Source: a bacterium (GTDB lineage Bacteria > Bacillota_I > Bacilli_A > Acholeplasmatales > Acholeplasmataceae). From it: 31,509 nucleotides of DNA. Made by a program: the position numbers and the translations under genes. Position 1 is the first letter of the stretch. Each line of letters opens with the position of its first letter. Below, piece by piece: positions 24,781-31,509 of the stretch. The stretch spans positions 1 through 31,509 of the forward strand of contig JAAZUY010000001.1 of NCBI GenBank assembly GCA_018623895.1, in the 5' to 3' direction. The notes under the pieces were generated by a model, which was not told the DNA's origin, searched no databases, and saw nothing but the letters and a program-made list of their open reading frames with translations.

Positions 24781-26516
24781 TCAATAAGATTAATAACTCT
24801 TGTTATGTTTTCTTTAATAATTCTAAATGAGTTATTCCAAAAAGTTTCAGAGTTTAAATCAATTCCGATTTTTTTTGAAACTTCTTCAATTGAATCTTTA
24901 GGAGTGAATTGTAAAAAAATCTCATAATCACTGGTAAATTGAGTTGGATTTTCTTTATATTTTGTAAATAAGGCTTTTCCAAACAATAGTCCAAATGCAT
25001 ATGGGAAGTTATAAAAATTATATTCAGCATCATAGTAATGAGATTTAATTAACCACATATAGGGATGCAAAACATCCTTATCAAGACCATCTAAGTAAGC
25101 TTTTTTTTGAGATTCCTTCATCCATAAATTAATGTCTTCAACATTTAACGGCTTATTAGCCTCATCGAATAATTTTGATTCAAAGTAATATCTAGATAAT
25201 ATATCTATAATTACTTGAGTATTATCCTGTAGTTCATTTTCTAATATATTTAATAACTCATTATCATTTTTAACATTATTAATTAAAAACTCATTGACTA
25301 TAGATTCACAAAAAATCGAAGCAGTTTCTGCTAGAGGCATTGGATAATCCCAATTCAGAGGTGTATTCCTGCTTATCATTTCTCCATGAAATCCATGACC
25401 TAGCTCATGTGCTAACGTTAAAACATCAGAAAGAGTACCTGTGAAATTCACTAAAATCCTTGATTGATTAATTTGTGGCAAATTATCACAAAATGCTCCT
25501 CCAACTTTTCCTTTTCTTGGAGAAATATCTATCCACTTATTTTCAAATGCTTTTTTTGCAAAATCACCTAGATTATTACTAAAGTTATAAAATGCACTTA
25601 GAATAATTTTTTTTGCTTCTTCAAATGAATATTTTTTTGTTACTTCTCCAATAGGAGCAAAAAGATCATAAAATGGGAGACCATTAGAATGACCAAGATA
25701 ATTTGATTTCTTTTTAAGATAGATTGAAAAATAATTTCTATGATTTTCAATTGAATTGATAAGTAGTTCCAAAGTTTTACTTGACATTCTGTTGTTTATT
25801 AGTGTAGGTTCAAAGATAGTTTCATAACCCCTCAATGAATTCACCATGTTAACTTGACGCTTGATATTTGTTAATGCTAAAGCTACATATTCCTCAACAG
25901 ATTTTAACGCTTTAATTTCAGCTTCGAAGGCGTCTTTTCTAATTTTTTGATCTTTATTGTAAGCAAGATTTCTTATTTCAGATAAAGTTAATTTTTTATT
26001 TTGAAAATCAATTTCAATATTTGATGTCACGATCTCTTGAAGTTGCTCCCAAGAATCACTTGCCAATAAAGTCATTTTTTCTAATAACTCCTCTAAATCC
26101 TCGCTTAATAAAAATTTGCTTTCAAGTTGAACTTTATTTAAATGATATAAATTTTCAAAAATTACTTTACTTTTATGTTTCATTTTATCAAGATCAATAT
26201 CTGATATGTGTCTTTTAAATTTGACGTAATCTTTGGTGAGAGAAATCAAAAGCTCCTCAACTTTTAGATTAAACGTCATGGGTGTTTTATCATTGACATT
26301 AGTACAAAATCTTAAATTCGCATAAGAGTATAAATTGTTTGTGATTCTCTCAATTTTTTCAGATATAAATACATATTTTTCAAGTAAATCTATGTCACTT
26401 AAAATATACATTTCGGAAACTAATTTTTTGAATTCTTTAACAAAATTTTCCAGTTTAGCGAAGTCTTTTAAATACGAGTCATCAAATTCTTTGTAAAGAT
26501 CATCTAAATTCCACAC
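24759..26516 (-). CDS. pepF: Oligoendopeptidase F (M3B family)
   Basis: WNLDDLY N-terminus, GKVGGAFC, HELGH zinc motif, LAETASIFCE and FYNFPYAFG. GTG 26516 follows GGGGGAG. The ORF track start is 26543. Confidence 0.92.
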   Translation of the reverse strand: MWNLDDLYKEFDDSYLKDFAKLENFVKEFKKLVSEMYILSDIDLLEKYVFISEKIERITNNLYSYANLRFCTNVNDKTPMTFNLKVEELLISLTKDYVKFKRHISDIDLDKMKHKSKVIFENLYHLNKVQLESKFLLSEDLEELLEKMTLLASDSWEQLQEIVTSNIEIDFQNKKLTLSEIRNLAYNKDQKIRKDAFEAEIKALKSVEEYVALALTNIKRQVNMVNSLRGYETIFEPTLINNRMSSKTLELLINSIENHRNYFSIYLKKKSNYLGHSNGLPFYDLFAPIGEVTKKYSFEEAKKIILSAFYNFSNNLGDFAKKAFENKWIDISPRKGKVGGAFCDNLPQINQSRILVNFTGTLSDVLTLAHELGHGFHGEMISRNTPLNWDYPMPLAETASIFCESIVNEFLINNVKNDNELLNILENELQDNTQVIIDILSRYYFESKLFDEANKPLNVEDINLWMKESQKKAYLDGLDKDVLHPYMWLIKSHYYDAEYNFYNFPYAFGLLFGKALFTKYKENPTQFTSDYEIFLQFTPKDSIEEVSKKIGIDLNSETFWNNSFRIIKENITRVINLIDKIKDAN

Positions 26517-26530
26517 TTTTCTCCCCCAAT

Positions 26531-26560
26531 AAAAAAAACACACACATTTGTGCGTGCTTT
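26531..26560 (-). terminator. sodA intrinsic terminator
   Basis: Minus strand AAAGCACGCAC-AAAT-GTGTGTGTTTTTTTT. Confidence 0.75.
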
Positions 26561-26564
26561 AAAA

Positions 26565-27164
26565 TTATTTTTCAGCATATCTTTTTTCGATTAAATCCCA
26601 GTCAATAATCGAAAAGAATGCAGAGACGTAATCCGGTCTTCTATTTTGATAATTAAGGTAATATGCATGTTCCCAAACATCAAGACCTAAAATAGGCTTA
26701 CCCAAATTTAATGGTGTATCTTGATTAGGTGTTGAAGTGACATGTAATTCTCCTGAATCGTCTAAAATGAGCCATGCCCATCCAGAACCAAATCGAGTTC
26801 CCGCAGCTTTAGAAAACTCTTTTTTAAAATTATCATACGAACCAAATTTGTTATTTAGAGCTTCAAGCAAATCACCTCTAGGACTACCTTGATTGTTAAT
26901 TTTTAACTGTGGCCAGAATAATGAATGATTAAAATGACCTCCTCCATTATTTCTAACTGCATTTCTAACCCCCTCAGGTAGAACAGACAAATTCTTAAGC
27001 ATCTCTTCAAGTGAAAGACCTAAATCTTTTTGACCTTCAAGTGCAGCATTAAGTTTGTTGACATATCCTTGATGGTGTTTAGAATAATGAATTTCCATAG
27101 TTTTTCTATCTATAAATGGTTCTAAAGAATCAAAACTATAATTTAATTTTGGTAAAGTAAACAT
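26565..27164 (-). CDS. sodA: Superoxide dismutase, Mn-type signature
   Basis: [30 protein letters not shown] and DVWEHAYY. The GG and Q signature positions indicate Mn type. Confidence 0.95.
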   Translation of the reverse strand: MFTLPKLNYSFDSLEPFIDRKTMEIHYSKHHQGYVNKLNAALEGQKDLGLSLEEMLKNLSVLPEGVRNAVRNNGGGHFNHSLFWPQLKINNQGSPRGDLLEALNNKFGSYDNFKKEFSKAAGTRFGSGWAWLILDDSGELHVTSTPNQDTPLNLGKPILGLDVWEHAYYLNYQNRRPDYVSAFFSIIDWDLIEKRYAEK

Positions 27165-27184
27165 AAAATTCCTCCATTTTTTAA

Positions 27185-27213
27185 ATTTTAAATTATTTAA
27201 GATTTATTTTCAA
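27185..27213 (-). promoter_or_regulatory. sigmaA promoter for sodA, overlapping the rqcH stop
   Basis: Minus strand TTGAAA-N17-TAAAAT. A GGAGG RBS lies downstream. Confidence 0.6.
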
Positions 27214-28712
27214 TCTTTATACTTATTATCCCATATATTAACAAATTTTTCATCTAAATTCACTAATAAAGTTTTGTATTTTGTAAGCATAACTTTTGAA
27301 CCATGTATACCTGGAATTTTCTTAACATTTTTTTTCATTGTATAGTTTATTGGAATATTTTTACTGTACTTCAATTTAGAATGAAAAGCAGCAAGTTTTG
27401 CAGCAGTATTAAAACCTTGACTTAGAATATTTCCTCTATATATAACGTGGGATCCTTGTGCGTCTTTAACATGAAAAAAATAGTCTTTTGGTTTGGCTAT
27501 TTTATGTGTTACTATATTATTTTGATAAGCATTTTTACCTAAAAAGATAACATAATCTTGTTCTGAAATCTCAACATATTTTTTTAATTTAGTTTTATTT
27601 TTGTTCTTAATTTTTGTAAATTGTAAATTCTTCTCTAATAGTACTTTGTCTAATTCATCGGATGTTATAGTATTAGTTTCAATATTAAATACAAGACTAT
27701 TAAAAAAATCAATTTCATTATTTGTGATTTCTATTTGTTCTTTAATTTTAAGAATTGCTCTTTTTGCTTTTTTATATTTTTTAAATTTTAAATTAATATT
27801 GTCAATAATTCTAATTTTAGGATTTAATTTTATTCCATATAGATTTTCTCTTTTTAATTTAATGTTTTCAAATCTTAATAGATTTTCTGCTTCTTTTTGA
27901 AGTTTAAAGTTATTTTTATTATTATCTATCTCATTATTAAGTTTGATTAGTTTATTTGATTTCAATTTTATAACGTAATTAATTTTTTTCAGATATTTAT
28001 TAAGTGGTTTAGTCTTATTAAATTCATATTTCATTATTTCGTTAATTGAAGAGAATCTTTTTCCTCCATCCTTATCAAATAATGATAATTTATTCTTAAA
28101 TATAGAGGGAGAAACATTGATTTCAAGAGGTAAAACTTGATATTCATAAATTTCTCTTGAAGTTTCTGGAGAGAGTCCCTCATATTTTTCAAATATTTCT
28201 ACAGGCGAAGATGGGATTTTTTTCATCTCTGTAAAAGGAATCTTTCTTGATTCATGAAACTTAAAAATTTTTCTGGTATCAGTATTTTTTCCCCTATATT
28301 TACCTAATAAGTTGTATGCTTTATCCGTAAGGTATGCGTTAGAATTTTTACCCATGAATTCTAATATTAAATAATGAGATTTATTTAAATTATATGTAGA
28401 TTCTTGATGAAATTCTAAAATTAGAACACGATCACTATTGTATTGCTGAATAGAGACTATCCTTGAACGCAAAAGGTGCTTTTTCAATAATAATAAAAAA
28501 TTTATTTCATGATTTTTTTCATTATTAACATAATCTATATGAAATCGATTACTCTGAGGACTTAAATCTACTTTTAGAAAAAAAACTTTTTTGTTATAAA
28601 CTTCAAAAATAAATTTTTTATTATTATAATAAATTTTGTTGATTTTACTATTAATTATTTTTGGCTTTAACTCTCTTATTAAGTAATATAACATCAATCC
28701 ATCAAATGACAT
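27210..28712 (-). CDS. rqcH: NFACT-family ribosome quality control protein (RqcH/FbpA/PavA), 500 aa
   Basis: MSFDG N-terminus, DR and EFMG motifs, coiled coil, and NFACT-R GKNAYQN...FHVKDAQGSHV. Confidence 0.88.
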   Translation of the reverse strand: MSFDGLMLYYLIRELKPKIINSKINKIYYNNKKFIFEVYNKKVFFLKVDLSPQSNRFHIDYVNNEKNHEINFLLLLKKHLLRSRIVSIQQYNSDRVLILEFHQESTYNLNKSHYLILEFMGKNSNAYLTDKAYNLLGKYRGKNTDTRKIFKFHESRKIPFTEMKKIPSSPVEIFEKYEGLSPETSREIYEYQVLPLEINVSPSIFKNKLSLFDKDGGKRFSSINEIMKYEFNKTKPLNKYLKKINYVIKLKSNKLIKLNNEIDNNKNNFKLQKEAENLLRFENIKLKRENLYGIKLNPKIRIIDNINLKFKKYKKAKRAILKIKEQIEITNNEIDFFNSLVFNIETNTITSDELDKVLLEKNLQFTKIKNKNKTKLKKYVEISEQDYVIFLGKNAYQNNIVTHKIAKPKDYFFHVKDAQGSHVIYRGNILSQGFNTAAKLAAFHSKLKYSKNIPINYTMKKNVKKIPGIHGSKVMLTKYKTLLVNLDEKFVNIWDNKYKD

Positions 28713-28737
28713 ATTTTTTCCTACAATATAATTTAAC

Positions 28738-28766
28738 TTTACACATTTTATATTATCATATATAAT
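28738..28766 (+). promoter_or_regulatory. sigmaA promoter for gmk-rpoZ
   Basis: TTTACA-N17-TATAAT. AAGGAG RBS. Confidence 0.65.
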
Positions 28767-28790
28767 TACTTTTAGATATACAAGGAGTAT

Positions 28791-29414
28791 TTGATGAAAT
28801 TAAATAATAGAGGATTATTAGTGGTAATTTCTGGTCCTTCAGGAGTGGGGAAAGGGACAGTTAGAAAAGCACTCTTTGAAATGAAAAAACACAATCTAAT
28901 TTATTCGGTTTCAATGACAACTAGAGAAAAGAGATCAAATGAAATTGATGGTGTTGATTACTACTTTGTTTCTAAAGAGGAATTTGAAAAAAGAATAAAA
29001 CAAAATAAATTTTTAGAATATGAAAAGTTTTTTGACAATTATTACGGAACACCATTAGATAAAGTTGAGGAGCAACTTAAAAACGGTCATGAAGTAGTTT
29101 TAGAGATTGAGGTTCAAGGTGCACTCAAAGTTAGAAGAAAAATTAAAGATGCTGTGTATATTTTTCTCGTCCCCCCATCAAAAGAATCATTGTATAATAG
29201 ACTTGAAGAAAGAGGAACAGAGGATAAAAATAAAATTTTAAAAAGAATGGAAAAAGCAAATTCAGAGTTTAAATTGGCACATAAATATGATTATATTGTT
29301 GTAAATGATGACGTTCATAATGCCGCAGACAGAATACTAGCCATAATAAGAGCAGAACACGCTCGAACAGAAAGATCAATATATAGATACCAAGAAATGA
29401 TAAGGAGCAAATAA
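28791..29414 (+). CDS. gmk: Guanylate kinase
   Basis: SGPSGVGKGT, SMTTR, DGVDYYF, YYGTP and LEIEVQGA. Start is TTG 28791 or ATG 28794. Confidence 0.97.
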   Translation: MMKLNNRGLLVVISGPSGVGKGTVRKALFEMKKHNLIYSVSMTTREKRSNEIDGVDYYFVSKEEFEKRIKQNKFLEYEKFFDNYYGTPLDKVEEQLKNGHEVVLEIEVQGALKVRRKIKDAVYIFLVPPSKESLYNRLEERGTEDKNKILKRMEKANSEFKLAHKYDYIVVNDDVHNAADRILAIIRAEHARTERSIYRYQEMIRSK

Positions 29415-29626
29415 TGAAAAAAAATACTGATGGATTAAGATACCCCTCAATTGACAAACTTTTAGAGAAAATTGACTCTAAATATAAATTAGTGTACGCA
29501 GCGTCTAAAGTTGCAAGAATATTAGATAGAGAAAATCTTGACGTTGAAGACTCAAAATGTGAAAAAAGTGTTGGGATGGCGCTGGAAGAAATTATCAAAG
29601 ATAGAGTGGATGTTGATTTCGATTAA
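29414..29626 (+). CDS. rpoZ: RNA polymerase omega subunit
   Basis: LRYPSIDKLLEKIDSKYKLV...ALEEI. Follows gmk. Confidence 0.92.
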   Translation: MKKNTDGLRYPSIDKLLEKIDSKYKLVYAASKVARILDRENLDVEDSKCEKSVGMALEEIIKDRVDVDFD

Positions 29627-29656
29627 TAAGTTCTCCTAAATAAGGAGGACTTATTA
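29624..29656 (+). promoter_or_regulatory. 14-bp hairpin that starts at the rpoZ stop and contains AGGAGG (weak terminator or RBS-sequestering stem)
   Basis: TAATAAGTTCTCCT-AAATA-AGGAGGACTTATTA, with one U-G pair. Confidence 0.6.
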
Positions 29657-29662
29657 CTTTAT

Positions 29663-31414
29663 TTGTTCAATTTTATTATGAAAAAAAACATTTTAAAGAT
29701 TAAACAAAAAATAAAAGTTTTACCAAAAACACCAGGTTGTTATCTTATGAAAGATAAGGACCAAAAAGTTATATACATTGGTAAAGCAAAGAATTTAAAA
29801 AATAGAGTGGCTTCTTACTTTACTGGAGCTCATAATCAAAAAACAACTAGATTAATATCAAATATTTTTGATTTTGATTTTCTTCTTACTAACAATGAAA
29901 ATGAATCATTAATATTAGAATTGAATTTAATAAAAAAATATCAACCAAAATACAATATAAGACTGGTTGACGATAAAACATATCCATATATTCAAATCAC
30001 TGATGAAAAGTATCCAATGCTGAGAATCGTAAGAGAAAAAAACCCCACAGGAAAAGTTTTTGGACCTTATCCTAGTGTATTTTCTGCCAGAGAAACAGTG
30101 AAAATATTAAACAGGATTTATCCTTTTAGAAAATGTGAAAAATTACCAGATAAGGCTTGCTTATATTTCCATATTGGAGAATGCTTGGCGCCCTGTGTAT
30201 CCAAAGATGTTGACTATAAAAACTACATAAATCAAGTCACCAGATTTTTAAAAGGTGAAACGAAACCGTTAATAAAAAAACTTCAGAATGAAATGGAATT
30301 ATCATCAGAAATGATGTTATATGAAAAGGCAGCAAAATTTAGAGATATGATAAATCATATTAAAGAGACAACAAAAAAACAATTTATAAATTTAAACGAT
30401 GGAAAATCGAGAGATGTTATTGCAATAGATTATAATGAAAAAGATATCTCTTTAGAAATTTTTATGCTTAATGATGGGAAAATTATTGATCATATTCAAA
30501 AAATATTTAGTTATATTTATGATCCTTTTGATTTCATTTCAACATATTTGAATGAAAGATATATTAATTATAAACCTGAAGAGATTTTGGCTGATAGAGA
30601 AATACCAATATACATTTTTGATGAAAAAAAAATTAAATTTTCATTTCCTGAAAAAGGACCAAAGAAAAAGCTTGTTGATCTAGCCAAGAAGAATGCAAAA
30701 GAAAATTTAGAGCATAATTTTATGCTAAATAGATATCAAAGTCTTTCTAACAACAAAGGTTTAGAGGAACTATCGAAAATACTCACAAAGAATATTAGTA
30801 AAATTGACATCATTGATAATTCACAACTTTTTGGTCAGGCTGCAGTTTCTGTGGCTATAGTTTATAATGAGAATAAATTCGATAAGAAAATGTATAGAAA
30901 ATACCATCTTCAAAATAATAAAGATGATTATAATGCGATGAAAGAAGTGGTTTACAGAAGATATTTTAAAGTTCTCAATGAACAAAAAAAGTTTCCAGAT
31001 TTAATTTTGGTAGATGGTGGACTTGGACAAATTAATGCAGCAAAAGAAAGTTTGGATATATTAAAAATATCTATACCTGTTGTTGGATTAAAGAAAGACA
31101 AAAAACATAATCTAAGTAAACTAGTCTTGATAGATAGAGAAATTAATCTTGACAAAAAAGGAAAATTCTATAGATTTTTAGTAAGTTTGTCAGAAGAGGT
31201 TCATAGATTTGCTATTTCCTTTCATAAAAAGACAAGAGACAAAGGTATCTATGCTTCAAAATTTGATAAAATACCTGGAGTTGGACCAAAAAAGAACGCA
31301 CTTTTGATTAAAAATTTTGGAACTTATGAAAATTTAAAAAATGTTACAAATGAAGAATTAAAAAAGATCGGCATAAATTTTAAAAGTATAGAATATATAA
31401 GGAAAAATTCTTGA
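29663..31414 (+). CDS. uvrC: Excinuclease ABC subunit C
   Basis: GIY-YIG (PGCYLMK, VIYIGKAKNLKNRV, YQPKYN), Cys cluster (CLYFHIGECLAPC), RNaseH-like domain (DNSQ, PDLILVDGG) and HhH (IPGVGPK). Start is TTG 29663 or ATG 29678. Confidence 0.96.
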   Translation: MFNFIMKKNILKIKQKIKVLPKTPGCYLMKDKDQKVIYIGKAKNLKNRVASYFTGAHNQKTTRLISNIFDFDFLLTNNENESLILELNLIKKYQPKYNIRLVDDKTYPYIQITDEKYPMLRIVREKNPTGKVFGPYPSVFSARETVKILNRIYPFRKCEKLPDKACLYFHIGECLAPCVSKDVDYKNYINQVTRFLKGETKPLIKKLQNEMELSSEMMLYEKAAKFRDMINHIKETTKKQFINLNDGKSRDVIAIDYNEKDISLEIFMLNDGKIIDHIQKIFSYIYDPFDFISTYLNERYINYKPEEILADREIPIYIFDEKKIKFSFPEKGPKKKLVDLAKKNAKENLEHNFMLNRYQSLSNNKGLEELSKILTKNISKIDIIDNSQLFGQAAVSVAIVYNENKFDKKMYRKYHLQNNKDDYNAMKEVVYRRYFKVLNEQKKFPDLILVDGGLGQINAAKESLDILKISIPVVGLKKDKKHNLSKLVLIDREINLDKKGKFYRFLVSLSEEVHRFAISFHKKTRDKGIYASKFDKIPGVGPKKNALLIKNFGTYENLKNVTNEELKKIGINFKSIEYIRKNS

Positions 31415-31509
31415 GAAAGATAATTTTCAAAGTCCAAAACAACTATATTTTAATTAAAAAAAGAAGAGGACTTACAAAATATGATCTATTAAAAAATCAT
31501 AGAAATAGA
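31411..31509 (+). CDS. Probable hypothetical protein, 5' end only
   Basis: TTGA start/stop overlap with uvrC and AAGGA upstream. The frame is open for 33 codons to the window end (MRKIIFKVQNNYILIKKRRGLTKYDLLKNHRNR). Confidence 0.45.
   Translation, partial: MRKIIFKVQNNYILIKKRRGLTKYDLLKNHRNR

Noticed and set aside
13582-31155. Remaining short overlapping ORFs (13582-13779, 13835-14092, 18030-18254, 21321-21671, 21877-22104, 23256-23492, 24375-24581, 26021-26218, 27601-27900, 29269-29598, 30952-31155)
   Set aside because: All are opposite-strand overlaps of well-supported genes with no independent evidence.
31466-31492. GAGGA followed by the mini-ORF ATG ATC TAT TAA (MIY*)
   Set aside because: Better explained as internal sequence of the ORF starting at 31411 in another frame.
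1-31509. CRISPR arrays, IS elements, rRNA, riboswitches, and genetic code 4
   Set aside because: No regularly spaced repeats, transposases, rRNA-like or riboswitch-like segments were seen. Several conserved genes end in TGA and none needs TGA read-through, so code 11 applies.

Overview
This is a very AT-rich, gene-dense core-chromosome segment of a Firmicutes-derived bacterium, most likely a non-mycoplasma Mollicute (Acholeplasmatales-like). That assignment is inferred: TGA is used as stop, Trp is always TGG, a PolC-type replicase and a short eukaryote/archaea-type ProRS are present, there are no cell-wall genes, and the Bacillus ylo region appears in eroded form. Gene order: leuS 3' end; ECF sigma, putative anti-sigma and a membrane-anchored target; mnmM(-); polC, BI-1 family gene, pheS, pheT, rlmN, rsgA, rpe, thiN; rpmB(-); fakA; tRNA-Leu(GAG); CPA2 antiporter; tRNA-Gly(GCC)(-) and tRNA-Thr(GGT)(-); csp; fic; cvfB-proS; yidD(-); EF-G paralog; pepF(-), sodA(-), rqcH(-); gmk-rpoZ-uvrC; and a truncated ORF. 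No mobile element, CRISPR array or intein is supported. Main signals: (1) two near-identical cre-like (CcpA/LacI-type) operators, one over the fic -35 and one between the promoter and RBS of an EF-G paralog whose catalytic His is replaced by Ser, suggesting a carbon-status-controlled translation-remodelling regulon; (2) a self-contained ECF module with an exactly repeated promoter, TACCAATAAA-N14-CGTATTA; (3) a CPA2 antiporter with Gly-Gly at the usual ion-binding Asp-Asp position, behind a promoter with a T12 tract in its spacer; (4) a tRNA-Gly with U2-G71 in place of the C2-G71 identity pair. All homology calls come from motif recognition by eye. No searches were run.
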